Shown here piece after piece: positions 49,516-63,391 of a stretch of 64,000 bases of DNA (positions are counted from its first letter, which is position 1; every line of letters begins with the position of its first letter). A program made the translations under genes and the position numbers. This stretch comes from Phoronis australis (Eukaryota > Animalia > Phoronida), in NCBI GenBank assembly GCA_002633005.1, contig NMRA01000019.1, positions 400,057 through 464,056 of the forward strand, given 5' to 3'. The notes below the pieces were generated by a model. The model did no database searches and had not been told where the DNA came from. It worked only from the letters and a program-made list of their open reading frames with translations.

Positions 49516-51426
49516 TTAAGAAAAAAAATTACCAAAATTGGTCTCTTCGGCATTATTCATAGGGTTCGTTTTATGAATGCTCGCAATTTGTCAAAATCAC
49601 TGTCTCGTGGCACTGCCATGGTATAGATCTTCTTATGATACAGCAAATATTTCATGCTACTAATCTTTTACAAAAAAACGAAGATATTTAATTTTACTAT
49701 TTCACTTGTCTGGTCGGCCATAGTGCATCCTAAATTGTTACGATTTTAGTTATTTTTTCTTTTTCATATATTTATCATCATTGATAAACAAGATTTTACC
49801 GTTTGGTAGTTAGTGTAATGACCTCGTATGCTACACGTAAAATGCAGACCACTGTGAAGAATATCCAGGAAATAGGACTTAAGCAGACATATTGGTACTA
49901 AGATGGCTGGAATACAACTCAAAAGCGCTGCACTAATTCCAAAGATAATGGTCATTAACTAAAGATTCCTGCAAAAAGCCAACATGCTCATTACTTGAAA
50001 CCATATTTCCTCAGAATTGAGCTGCCAAAAGCCGGAAAAAAAGGAATTAAGTCACTGAACATCATAAAATAATGTTGATTATATTCCCTTCATTACCAAC
50101 GAGAACATGGAAACCATCAGCAACTCGAGAAGAGGTTTCCAGTTTATTGCAAATTCAAAAATGGTGTATGTAGGCATTGTATGTGGCTTGAGTTGCTGTC
50201 TCATTTGGCAAGAATTCAGAATTTGACAAATGTTTTTAAACTCCAAAGCTCTTGGGTAAAAAATTCAACAGCGGAGGGGAAACAGGTGTGAATGCCCGAG
50301 TGCTTGAATGCCTGTTAAACTAATAGCTCTATGGTTGAGTGGTAACCGGATTACTGGCCTGTGATAAAATTAATCACATAATCGAGCTGTTATACCTTAA
50401 TTCAGTGTAAAGATTTCCAATTTGAAATTGGAGGCCATTATCAAAGTCTTTTTAATTCATAGAGAAAAGTAAAAGCAAAACCTTGGATGGTTTGACCCCA
50501 GTTTCATAGGTGGCGCTACATCTGATTTCCTATTGAAAATCAACATTGAATTTTTCTCACCAATTGGGATTTGAAAAGTCTGTTGCCACAAATATTGGAC
50601 TTTTATGACGAGCTTCTTTTATTGGGGGCTTGAAATGACCAATTGCAAAAAGAGGAAAATTTTCCAGGTGATGCATCGTTCCACAAATACTAGGCTTGTG
50701 TGATGAAAATATTCGTTGTGTTGTAAAATTTAACTGAAATAAAGGTTAAATTGCATGAATGAAGTCAAAATAATGACACAAAAGAAACAAAGTGGAAACT
50801 GGAAAAAATAGAGGAAATTGAAACCAAAAAATAAAATCCTCATAAAAGAGGAAAATTCCAAGCCTTGACTGAGTTTCAAAGATGGATGCCAGTGATAGTG
50901 TTGTCTAGAGTTTAACAAAAAGTACACGCAATACAGGCAACATTTGGTACTACTGTCTTGATTTCATCATCAAAAGATCCTTTTCAGTATTGGAGTTACA
51001 AAAATCAAAGAAGGTAATACATGTATAATTGGAATGTTATTGAGCGCCGTTTAATATATTCCTCTCAGCAGAAAACTAATTAGCTTGTCTAGATGAACTC
51101 TGAGCACAGAACAAGATTTAGTGACCCTGATGCTGGGCGTTTGCTGTGCCATGAAAAATGAGATTCAAAAAGCTTGCACTGAAATTTACCAGCAATACGC
51201 ATAGTATATTTAACAAAGCAATGAAGATGTTATAGACTATTAATCCAAATTAATAGTTGCGCACAATGCTAATAATGCAACAGCTATCTGGTAATTCCAT
51301 ATTTGACAGAGCGATTCTGTCAGTTGTACTTAATTTGGAGAGAAACGCCAAAATACAGCTCCTCCAATATCCACTTTGTACTGAGCCAGAGGATCAATCG
51401 CACCCCTTCCACTTTCACCAACGTAC

Positions 51427-51606
51427 CTTATCTTGTCAATGAACTTGCTGCTCTTATCGCTGTAGCGGAGCGTATCTGGGTCCCATTGCAGCTCCAACCG
51501 CTGTAGACGAGAACAGTGGGTTGCAAAGCTTTCCATAATCTGATCAATGTGAATCTTGGACTGCAGCTTGAGGAACCAGCCATCTGCAGTGCCCAGAGAA
51601 CAGATT
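51427..51606 (-). CDS. Internal exon of the same probable F-box/LRR-type gene
   Basis: ttccttccAG acceptor, ICSLGTADGWFLKLQSKIHIDQIMESFATHCSRLQRLELQWDPDTLRYSDKSSKFIDKI(R), GTACGT donor; 180 nt, phase 2-2. C..L..L.L pattern of cysteine-containing LRRs. Upstream exons not identified. Confidence 0.78.
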
Positions 51607-54406
51607 CTGGAAGGAATCCAAATATATTTACAGTGAATGAATCATTATTCGATAATCTTGGCAAATGTCACTTTCCCAGCAACAAAGAGGAAAACTGGTT
51701 CAAACATGGCGTGAAAGAGGTAGTGTTTGACAGATTAGACCAGCCTTCTCTCAACAGATGCCGAGGACTGCAGATCATGCTGTCGTCAATCTGGAATCAC
51801 ACGATTCAAGATCTCCTGTGAAATCTGCCATGTGATCAGTCACATGACATGCCCTGCTCCAGCCAGTCACTGTACCATGACTGCTGAAGCCCATGAGAGA
51901 TGGGCGCTATGTCGCTTCAATCCAGCGAGTCCAGTAATTGTTTTATTTTCATTCATAATCCTCTGAATATAGGTAGACACCTCACCTACAACCAGCTCAT
52001 AACGTTTCAGTAATTCCTTTGAATTAGATTATTTGATCAATTAACGTCTGTCCAAACAAATTTTTATTAAATCTTGAGATGAGTTGTTAAATTTGTTAAA
52101 GACTGTTAAACAGATGACATTGAAAACCCTTCAGTATATTCGTGCCCCATCAAGTTACCTCAAATAACAAACATAATGGTCATTTTTCAAATGCTCACCA
52201 TATTCCTAAAAATTTCAAAATTTCATGGTGAGTTTATTGTTGACAGCCGTACTACTGTTTATAAAGTTTTCAAATAATCAATTAAAATTGTCCTCTTGTT
52301 TATGCTTGTTGAAAATTAAATGTTCATCAAATAATATTTTACCGTTCTAATTTGAAGAAACTTTACATAAGTTGGACGAAGAGAACATTGGAGAGTTTCG
52401 AACTACCAAGAAGGAACTTTTTGCGGTTCATGAAGTATAAGGCATTCCAATCTTTTAATTGAATTTATTAAGAAAGTCGCCTTTTCATAGCAAAACTCAA
52501 TATTATGAAAAAATCTGCCATGACTGTGGCACATGCTGTATGTACATTTTTTATGGAAGAAACCCTTGGAGGAGACAGGCACCTAAATCTGGATACACCC
52601 ACATTGGCTGCATAACATATAGCATGTGGTATATGTCAGTCAAAAAATTCTATAACCACTTAAGGTGAAATCTCACCAATTTCAGTAAAAAAGACTTCTA
52701 AAATTGCTATTTTATCATTTTTCAAAAGCTTCTCACATTATTGTTAACGACCACTAACTTTTTAAAACAATGGGAGACTTTCAGAAAGCAATGAAAGTTG
52801 ATCATGAGGGATCGGTAACTCACATCGCCACCTAGCTTAACAAGCAGAAGTTGTCTTCACAGCGGGTGATATAGGGTACCATGATTTGACTTTGTAAAAA
52901 CATCCTTTTACCTTTTACAGTGTATGTGATTCAACAGAATGTGTTTTAAAAAAGTTAAAAAATGCCTCCTCGTCCTCTAGAGGCGACTGGTATCCAGTCC
53001 CAAGTGGCCAGTCACCAAATAGTTGCTATTTGAAAGACTCCCGTGATTTCTGATACTGTATCTGAGGTACAGAAGTTGAACAAAGGAAAAGCATTAATTT
53101 GGTGCTTAATATCCTTAGTGGAAAAAACGAGACAACAAAACTTGATTATCAGCAATACTGCACCTTAAATCACAGATTTTACGAAACCAAGTTTCATGAA
53201 ATGAGCTTCAAACACAAAATCATGACACATCACAGTAAATTTACTCAAAATCAAGCAAAGCCATTTAAATCCACGTTTCTCCATTAAGCAGGCAAAAAAT
53301 GAAAATAATGTTATATTATTCTCATAAAACAAGTCTCATAAATAAAATAGGATTCTAATTGTCTGTTACCAACAAGACGAACATTTGAAACCATCAGCCA
53401 CTCCACAAAATGACTCAGAGTTTATCGGGGTAACTGTGCTTTGTGCAGTTTTCTCCAGAACTTATTGCTTTTTGAGTGCCCCGTCTTTATATGAGGGTCT
53501 ATGTAAACAAAACTTATAAGTTTCTGAAGTTGCATACAACTTAAGGAGAACAAAATGATATCTTAGGAAACTGTTACAGTAGTTTTTGAGATCTCATCTT
53601 AAACATATCAATAAAATTTGATCATGATATTGATGCTGTAATGTTTTGATATCAATGTAGCTTTCTTTTTTACCAAATTTCATGAAAATTTTTTCACATG
53701 ACTCAATTAATGGCAGATGGTAAAAGTAAAAAATCAAATTGTACATGCTTTCTACTTTCAGAGAATAATTACTTTTACTGAGTTATTGGTTAAATACACA
53801 GACATATCAATAAAATCTTAAAAAATCTTAAGAATTCAACATTGACAGGTAAACAGTAGTGAAATTCCCCTTTCACTGAGAAGATCTCATAAATTACAAA
53901 ATTTGAAAAATGGTAATAAGTTTTTTTCTAATAACTCGTGCTTGTCATTTGTGATCACTGTCTTTCAATTGCTTATATAAACACCCACAGTGACGTGACA
54001 ACCACTGCAAAGTTACTCATAAATACAGTGACGTTCAGAACCCTTTCGTTATTAGCGTGTAGTTCTCGGGAGGTTGGGGAGACTTAGCCAATAAGAAAGC
54101 TGACCTATTGAGAAAACAGAGTAATTTGCTCTCTCTCACAGTAAAGGACTGAGATAAGCTCTGCTCCTCAGTCATAACATGGGACTGTGAAAATTGACTG
54201 CAAGGAAATACTTATCTTTTCAAATGTGAATGGGGAATATGAGTGATGACTGATGACTATTTCTCAACCAATATCATATAGCCGTCATGGATTTTTTCTA
54301 AGACTCCGGTCGATGCTTAAGCTATCATCACATTCAGGACATGATAGTGCATAATGAAGTGGACTGATTGTTGATTCACAGGAAGCTTTGTTGTACAGGA
54401 AACACA

Positions 54407-55050
54407 ATGATGAACAACTCTTTGGACACAAATGATGCAACAAGTCTGCTATCCACCTCACAGGTGATAGATGTGGAATTGGAAGATGCGACGTCAATAG
54501 GTGCAAATTCAAGTAATGTGACTAGTCCAACATGGAGTTCAGAGACAATAGGTGTACATATCATGCTGGGCATCTTTGTTGTGGTTGGTGTCATTGGAAA
54601 CATACTTATACTGACAGTTTATACAAAGAAAAGAGACAACCTGACAGTGACAGTGTTTATAAATGCATTGGCATTTATCGACTTATTGACCTGCGGAGTA
54701 ACAATTCCCTGTTTGTTTTTCGAGATGTACATGGCCACCTTATATGACAGTATAGGACAGGGCTACGACATATTCTGCAAGATTGAATACTTCCTTAATT
54801 CAGTGGGACCAATGGCATCCACTTTTATAATGACGGCCATATCTATTGACAGATATCTGTTTGTGTGCCACCCATTCTTTCACATGAAGTGGTTTTGGAA
54901 AAGGAGAGCCAAGATTATCATCCTTATTCTGATGTTTATTTCCTGTTTCTTTGGCAGTATTGTATCCATCCTATATAACTATAACTCATCGACGCATGAA
55001 TGTGAGATAAAAAATGGTGATGATTACAGAATGTTTGCAACATTCTACAC
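54407..55050 (+). CDS. Rhodopsin-like (class A) orphan GPCR, exon 1 (N-terminus, TM1-TM4, ECL2)
   Basis: MMNNSL... with N-glycosylation sequons, GVIGN (TM1), LAFIDL (TM2), CKI, AISIDRY (TM3), ECL2 Cys; AC|GTGAGT donor, phase 2. Confidence 0.93.
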
Positions 55051-56105
55051 GTGAGTAATTTTTCTAAAGAATTTATAATAATTTTGAATTTTTCCTAAGA
55101 GGCAACCTGACCCCCAGAGTACTTCGTATATTGAATAAATTAATTAAGTGATCTCAAAAAGCAAATAATCGAAACAAAATTGTCTGTTGGTTCACAGATG
55201 AAACACATTTAGAATTTTTTATTTACTGAATGCTTCATGATCTAAATTAAATTACTGGTATATCAAATTAAGTTTTTAATTTTCAACAAAATATTCCTTG
55301 TTAAACGATTCAGTCCAAAACCTTTCAATGACTAGATTTTGTAATTTTATCAAAAATGCAGGAAATCAAAGACATTAAGAAAATGAATTTGTATAACACC
55401 ATGAAAAAATAGCATTCTGGAATGTTTTTGAGAATTGGTATTGTGATGCATTTTTCAAAAGTCACCTAATGTGAGCTGAAAAGGTGTGGAATTTTTATTC
55501 CCAGCATCAGCAGTGAACTTACCTTTGTTATCAGAAACCCACTGCTGTATTTAGTCCTGTTTAAATGGCTAAAAAGTGAAAATCGAATATTGAATTTGAC
55601 CTTCTACTTTCATGCAATCATATTTTAATATAATTCCAATCAATGATAGAGTTTTATTTGGGCGCATGTGTCCTTTTCCAATAAATTTTGGGTAGGGAGT
55701 GCCTCAACCCCGTTGGTATGACAAGAAATATCGTGAGACCTATTTTATCAGAGTATAACAGGCCCAAATCAATTTTCATTTTTAAGCCTGCCCAGATAAA
55801 CAAGGCGAATGTTGCTTTAATCAATAAGACCATAAAACAGACAATTATCTCTGAGCTGCCATTAATATACGAGATAAGGCCTGGTAAAAACACTACCTTT
55901 AGGGAATACATTTTCATTTTGTGTAGCCTCTGAAAAAACTTTGGTGTGGATGCTTTTTTCCTCAAACAATGAGGCACACAGAAAAATGAGTCAGTCACAG
56001 TGGAACCAATGATGTCTTTGTCTCGCTTTAAAAATTAAAACTGAACATAATAAAATTCAAGTGATGATCAAAAACATGATGCTGTAACTGTTTGTTCCAT
56101 TCCAG

Positions 56106-56604
56106 GTATGTGCACAACGCCACCTTCTGGTTGGCTGGACTAGTTGCCCTTATTGTCTACTCAGTCATGTTCTGTACAGTGAAGCGGCAAGAGAAATTTC
56201 GCCAGAAATACATGGCGACGGCCATGTCAAATGTAAAGAAACTGCGTTCCAATGACGAGACTACACTGATGGTTAGCCAGCCACATGACGAGTCTACTAA
56301 TACAGCTTCATCCAAATGGCGGACGGCCTACTATAAAGTGAGACAGCAACAGCAGCCAGTCAAATCCACACATAAAGCAAATGTGAGAGCTAAGGCAACA
56401 AGTTCTAAGCTAGCATTAATGTTTTTTGTCATCTATGTGATATTCATACTCAGTTTCCTGCCTCCCTCACTCATCATCTTCAAAGTGACACCTTTCAATC
56501 TGTGCCTCTTTTTCATGTATTTAGTGAATAATATAAGTAATCCTTTTGTATACTTCATAATGAATGACAGTTTTAGACACGACTTGGGGAAACTTTGCTT
56601 CTGA
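56106..56604 (+). CDS. Rhodopsin-like GPCR, exon 2 (TM5-TM7, helix 8)
   Basis: ttccattccAG acceptor in matching phase; TM5, long basic ICL3, SFLP (TM6), NNISNPFVY (TM7), FR helix 8, TGA. Joined protein 380 aa. AATAAA at 56885. Confidence 0.93.
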
Positions 56605-58764
56605 ACAGAGAAGCTGGAAGGTAAACTGGCTACAGAGTTCGGTTTTATGACAGCAAATCAGTATACATCCGTTCCAGTGAAGAAGTTCCCTTTTTCTCTT
56701 TGTTTAAATATCAAGAGATTTGCTATTGGTTGGAAGGTGATCAGAAAATTAGGAAACCGGCCTGTTAGTGGTATCTTGTAGGTGGACAATGCTTCCCAAC
56801 ATACGAAAACCATTGTTGCCATCCGCCCTTGATAAAACAAAGTTGATCTAAGCTCCTGTTGTATTAGCGAATTGTCTTCACAGCAATAAAATACTGGCTG
56901 AAATAAACTGAATTGTCGTGGACAGAAACTGGTAGTTTTTTATCATGTTTGGCTTCTGAAATTGAATTCCTTATGAAAAGTTTTATGTGGTGTAGAACTC
57001 TTCTTTCGCGGAAGAAAAGTGATAAAAATTGTCTGAAACGCTGTGATGGATTTTTATTTGTCGCCAACAGTTTTGAGTCAATGCTTGTTTACATTAATGT
57101 ATTGTATTCATTCAGCGTGGTCGATCATTGGTGTTTGCATCGTGACATCAGACAAAAGACTGAGCCTGGTGATTAACAAAAGAAAGATTGATATCAGGCC
57201 TCCGAAAACGGTATCGTTTGTAAAACGGATTAAACAGGAGATAGTTGTAATGGCATACGTCACGTCTGTCATTCAACTTTTGAACATCATTACAGTAATG
57301 ACACATCTGAAGGTCTCACACTTTGACATGCCCGGCAGTTCAACTCTAAAGGTTTCATCAATATCACTATAACAATGAAACACTGCTTTATAGTATGCGC
57401 AAGAATTTAAAAAATATGACGAGACCGCAGTGGGAACTGACCTAAAGACCGGAAGACCGGTCATCAAGTCGATACCAACTGGTCACACAAAAATTTGTGA
57501 TCTGTGTTGTACTTTTTGGGTTTGAAATTTAGAACCAAATGGCCCTGTATCACATCAACTGAAAGCCCTTACACTTACACATGGGGACTTGTGTGAATGG
57601 TTTGTGAGTGGAAGAATCTAACAACTTCATGAGTGATTATTTGTTTTGTATTTGTTGTTCTTGTTAATAAACTATTTGACCGGAAATACTGTGAAAACTT
57701 CATTTCCCCAATTGATGGTGCAAGATCTACTTTTAAATAACTTTTAAATCAAAGGAGTCTTGATCAAAAAAATCTGTGACAACATGACTTAGAGATGCAT
57801 AAACAATATTGTTAAAACACTATGAAATCGACTGTTGTCATTATTATATTTTGTAAATAAATATTATCACAATAACTACTATGTAAAGCCTCTAAAACAG
57901 TTCAGCCAAGTTAAAAAATCACTGATCATTTGCTTATAAATAAAATGACCAGGCTGAGACGAATTTCATAGTGGAAAGGAATCTCATTAAAATGTCAATG
58001 CTTTTGACAAGGAAAATGATGAACGTTAGTGTTTTGGGACTTTCTGAAGTTTCCTGATTTACCTAGTACATTAAAATTTAAACTTTGTCTAACATTTTTT
58101 TACAAAAAAATACAACATTCCTATACTTTTTACAAAACAACATAACAAAAAGGTGTCCCTTTAAGCTCACACAATGCTTAGAATTTTGCTGTGTCCTCCA
58201 CACCCAATAAGCAATTTCAGGGAAAGTAATTCTATGTGAAACCTGCTCCTAATAGTCATACAACTGTCCCAATTGGCCTGTGAAAGAAAATACAGCTTAA
58301 CAAAGGGTTCATGGTCCTACCCCAGAAGATAAATGTTTTATTACCCATGTGGGTTTTGGAATAGTCCAGCCCTGAATCAAACTTCGAAGGGGACACACCA
58401 GTACAGGAGTGAGAGAGTTTGCCTGAAAATCAATGTCAATATCATCTTTATGCACAATGAGTCATCAAAGCTGTAGTTACCAACACAAGAAAAATGCACA
58501 GAATATTGATGATGTGTGGTTTATATTTTGGCAACAGGTGTCACTGCTGTTCCATATTACAACACAAAGCATGAAACCAGCACAAACTCAAACATTTTAA
58601 ATACGAATAATGTTGTGGCACATCAATTATATTAAAATAATGACATTTATTTCGCTTCTAGTGTTTTTAAAAAATCATGCTATAAACATTCCCACTAAAT
58701 AAGATTGGTCCTAACCCCAATGGTCAAGGTAAACGGTGGGGTTTGGAAAATTGAACTAGACCGT

Positions 58765-60375
58765 ATTTATCCACCTTGGCTGAGTCGCGCTCGGCTCACG
58801 ATCAAAGGGATGCCGCCAAGCTGCTCTATTCATCGAGTCACGAGCGAGGATAATTGGCTTCGCTCATGCGGATATGATCAGCTGCTTACTATCTAGCTAG
58901 CGGACTGTATTTTTTATAGAGAGAGTTTTACGTAGTTTTTACTGTAATATTTGAAAAGAGGAGCGAAAACAAATATGAGTACAACTTTGAATTTTTCAAA
59001 TCGGCCCAGGATAAGAGATTTTGCAACACAGCAACACTCATGATTACTTTCATTCGGCGCGCACGAATACAAAAATATAGGACCCAAGTTATTTAGATTT
59101 TGGAACACATGCATTGCAATATTCAAAATACGTTTATTATGAATCTTACAAGCTGTAAAACGTCGTTGTTTAATTTCATTGTGCTCATTCATTGTCATCC
59201 GTCAAATCGGCAATTCCGAGATGTGATCTGCGGCGTGCGTGTATGTGTACAAAACACGTGATTGTTATGTTCCTGAAGAACGATAATTAAGAAACTTTAG
59301 CATGCCGTTATTATTGACAGGGACACGATAAAACGAATTTGGATTTCGACTATAGTCTTGATACAGCGAGCTGGCTGACCACTGCGTCAGTGTCTCCGTT
59401 AGACCCAGAAATTTCACACAGCCTGGGTAGTTCACCTCGTCCCCAACATGTAGATCGAGCCTTGGACTATAGTACTCCACGGTAGACCAAAGGACCATCG
59501 GCCTGTGCACACAAAATCTGTGAGTTAACCAGCACTCACCTTGCACGTTGCAGCCGTTTAAGTGAAAAACAATCTAGTAAACGCCATTTTTTTGCATAAT
59601 CCTCCGCCATTTGTAACAAAAAAGTATGTCGTCGATGACCCGCATACTACGCACGCTCACTCACTCTCATACGCAGACGAACTTCAAAACAAACGTCACG
59701 TGACAACAACATGTGTGTTCTGGTGATCCAGAGATTTTTCTCGTGTTGTGGGGTACGATGTAGCGCAGATTTGGACTTAATCGCAATTAATCTGGACTCC
59801 ACATGAACTTTAAAAATTGTAAAACATGAGGAAGATTTCAGGTGATTTGTTGAGTCGAAACTATATTTTTATTCAAGAGTTCAAGTTTTCCTATTGACGA
59901 TCGCGATTCAGCGACGCATCAGTCGGCAAGTTTTCGCCATGTGATGAGCACAATTTTTTGAAAAATTATCGTAATTTAACAACGGAAGTTGATAGCAATG
60001 CACCACAATTTTGTAGAAAGACTGTCATAGGCTACAAATACGTCACAGAGTGTAAATTTGATGAATCCTAGCTTCCGATTTTACCTGTTTGGGAAACCGG
60101 GTTTTAACTGCCGTAGGCTACAATGAGTGTCCCCTCCTGGTGAAATGAATTTTTCTAAGTGTTTATTAGAGCCAATACAGTATACAGCTTTCCACTTAGG
60201 CTAGGTGATGCTATGACATTATTCTTTGTTGCATTAATAACTGGTCTTGGCTAATTATCATTTTATGGCCTGGTCATCCATTCAGCCAAAAGTATTTCCA
60301 GAGGTGGCTTATCAGCCAATTATTCACGCATGCTGACTCACAATAGAAGCCTGATAAGAGTGAAGGTGGATAAAT
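58765..60375. mobile_element. Possible unclassified inverted-repeat element
   Basis: ATTTATCCACCTT at 58765 is inverted as AAGGTGGATAAAT at 60363-60375; interior is CpG-richer than the flanks; no TSD established. Confidence 0.35.
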
Positions 60376-62043
60376 GTGGTGTTCCTACAGTTTCTTGTGG
60401 TAGTGGATGTGTTCATGACATGATGATGAAAAACATGAAACTACAGCTCTGAAACACCAGTTTGAAGTTAACCAAGGTCGGTGTCCCTGCATAAAGTACT
60501 AAACCACTGAAAGCAGAGACACTCTGGCAACCAAACACCTGCTAATGATTGACAGGTCTACTAAATACTTTGAAAATAGTTTGAACATTGCAACATTTTA
60601 TATACATTGCAAAGTTGAAAGGGCCATTAACTTCTCTCTTTCATTAACTGGGGACTTTCCTTAAGTAATCTTACAATGTGGATCTCCAAATGGAGAAATT
60701 CTGATTGAGAAGGCAGCCAAATGATACACTGGGTGTCCTTGCCAGGGCGTCCAAATTAATAGGCTGCATGAATGCCTGCTTGAATCTGCCATTCACTGAA
60801 GAGCAGACAAGATGATTATACACTCTGCCAGAAACGATATTTTACATATACATGTATACGCTGGTAGGTCTTTGATTTGATTTGGTTGCATTTTTTCTGT
60901 TTTTGGCTTTCAAACTTGCCAAATCGAGTCTCTTAATTGCAAAAAATACAGGCAGTGTTCTTAATACAAGACAGACTCAGCGAAGCTGAAGGTGAGTTGA
61001 CAACATAGAGAATTTTTCACTTACACTGGTCACCTCTCAGATTTTCTTAGCCCCAGAAACTATTATGATGCCTATTCAGCTCACCCTTTGTATTGATGTA
61101 GATCTGAGCTAATCAAGTGGTAATTGCTAGCACTACTGTCTCAACAATGATGGTTGTCCTTAATGCCCAGATTGGTTTTCTCTGGCACTTGCACAGAGTT
61201 ACAGGCTGCAGTTGTGGAGAGTTAGTTTTAACTTGGTACAATTACAAAATGACAAAAAAGTTAATTTATCTTAACCAAGGGCCACTTCCCAAAGGAACGA
61301 TGGTTTTAAATATGTTTCATACCGAATTACCGGTTTTTTTTATTTCGTTTTTAATACTCCTGTCTACTTGTTTTTTTTTCTTACCGGGAACGGGTTAATA
61401 TCTTTTTATTTCATGTTCAAACTTGAAGAACCAAAACAATGGTAGATTTTGATCGCCAGCAGACTACTTACTTGAGAATCAAACTTTCCAGATTACAGCT
61501 ACTAGTAAACATTTCACAGCGAACAAAACTACACGTGCCATTAGTTCAAGTTTAACCTTTATTAGAACTCATATCATAAAATACATTAATATACAAAAGT
61601 GCAATGTTTGTAGTTTTTAGCTTATTCATCGATTTTTAAAAATCTAAAACCTTGGCTGTTTTTTTCCAGCTGCCGGAATACGTACCGCCGTGGTATTCGT
61701 GTTTAGCGAAAATTATTGGTTAATGCATTTTGAAAATTCGCCATTATGTACAGGCAGAGATGTTTCCAACAGTTTATTGTCGGGTAATTACACTTAATTG
61801 GGTCTTGCTTGCACTGGACAATGTGGTCATCACAACTGTATAAGACTCCAGCGCCTCGTTCTTTGATCCTGGTAACAGCTGTTCAGAAGGACGAGCGGTG
61901 AAAATTCCCGCAGAAATTTGTGACTTCCTTGTAAAAGTATTATTCACAGTATGAACTTGACGGAGGCGAGCTTGGCTTTGGGTATTGTAAGTGTTGGGTC
62001 AAGGGGGTTGTGGGTCAAGGGGTTTATCCCTCAAAAAGTGCTT

Positions 62044-62051
62044 GTGTCTGT

Positions 62052-62095
<44 letters not shown>
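62044..62095. repeat. (TG)n microsatellite
   Basis: Directly visible; explains the VCVCVC ORFs. Confidence 0.97.
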
Positions 62096-62096
<1 letters not shown>

Positions 62097-62569
62097 AAAT
62101 AACCATACCCCATGTGATATTAGTGCCAATAAACTATTTAAGAAATTCTCTAATTTCTGACAAGTCTATATTCAAGTGCATCACTTTGTAACCCTTGTTA
62201 ATACTGACTATAACTGTCAGTACCTTGAAATATTTCAACTTAGTTGTCAGGCAGTGATTAGTCAGAGGCATACCTGCACTGTAATTCTAAAACCCATAAA
62301 CCAAATTCAGTGAAGCAATCCTTACTTTGGCCTCGAATTGCACAGATATTGACTTCATGTACCATGAGTGAGCTACTAAGTCTTTTGTATTTAAACTGAC
62401 TGGAACGAGGTCCTAAAAATCAAACCCGCATTCAAAACCAACTATGTCCTAAAATTTACCAAATATCCACATGCCACAATTCCTTGATGTTTTTGTGACA
62501 TAAAACAGGAAAGATAAAATTGGCACATGTGTGCACAGAAAACCCACTTACTGTGGCATTGTCTTAGTC

Positions 62570-62920
62570 AAATTAGCGAGTATTCTACGATATATAAGCA
62601 GTCTGTGCTAACTAGCTTTCTAAGAAGAACACTTTCTGTATATTCTTGAGATTTTTTGTTACATAGTAAAATCGCATCAAGCAAATTATGGTTAACAATG
62701 GATATTCCCACAAATTTGCTGACAATTCCATTAAGCAAGTTGTATCTAGAATTCAACATCAACGCCCTGTTATTAGAGTACCAGGCAGAGTCAGAAAATT
62801 GTTTTTTCCAAATTGATTTCACGAGACCTAGCAATTACTTAGATGAGCGCGGAACAACGTCAAAATCGTCAACCCTAATGAGAATATCCACGGTTATCTA
62901 CTACATACTAAAAATATGAA
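62570..62920 (-). mobile_element. Possible decayed LINE endonuclease fragment
   Basis: VPRSSK, LMLNSRY and NLLDAILLC loosely follow the APE pattern R.S.D...N, L..LNGR, S.VDY.L. Confidence 0.35.
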
Positions 62921-63391
62921 AAACTTAACCTGGTTGTACGTGATAACAGTGGAAGACAACACAGGATTTGTCTAAAAGTTTTGTTGTGCATGTTTTCCTG
63001 CCAATTTGTAACAAGTGTTTTCATTATCCACACAGAAAATCCATGCTATGTTGGACATACGACTTGTACTTTGTCAGGTAGAATATTGTTTCATGTGCTA
63101 TTTAGAATGCGATGTACAGCTTGAAAATTCTTAAAACCCTTATAATAACATTTTAATTAATCCACCCATCCATTAATTGTCATGCCACTAGGACTCAAAA
63201 GAATTTTTTCCAAGGTAGCGTATTCTCCCCATAGGAGTCTCACTGTAGTTGTTCTATTGACTTTTGACCTTGTCTAGATTATTAAACTGCAACTCTCAAT
63301 GTGCATAGTTTAAATAACAGACAAGAGTAAAACATTAGTACCTCACTTAAAATTATAATTACTAAATTCGGTACAGATTTTCAAGAGTTTG

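Noticed and set aside
58345-61210. Several AG...GT-bounded minus-strand segments (about 58345-58422, 60675-60806) as upstream exons of the LRR-type gene
   Set aside because: Translations show no LRR or F-box pattern that I can recognise; such boundaries arise by chance.
61951-62191. Cys/Val-rich ORFs
   Set aside because: Translations of the (TG)n microsatellite.
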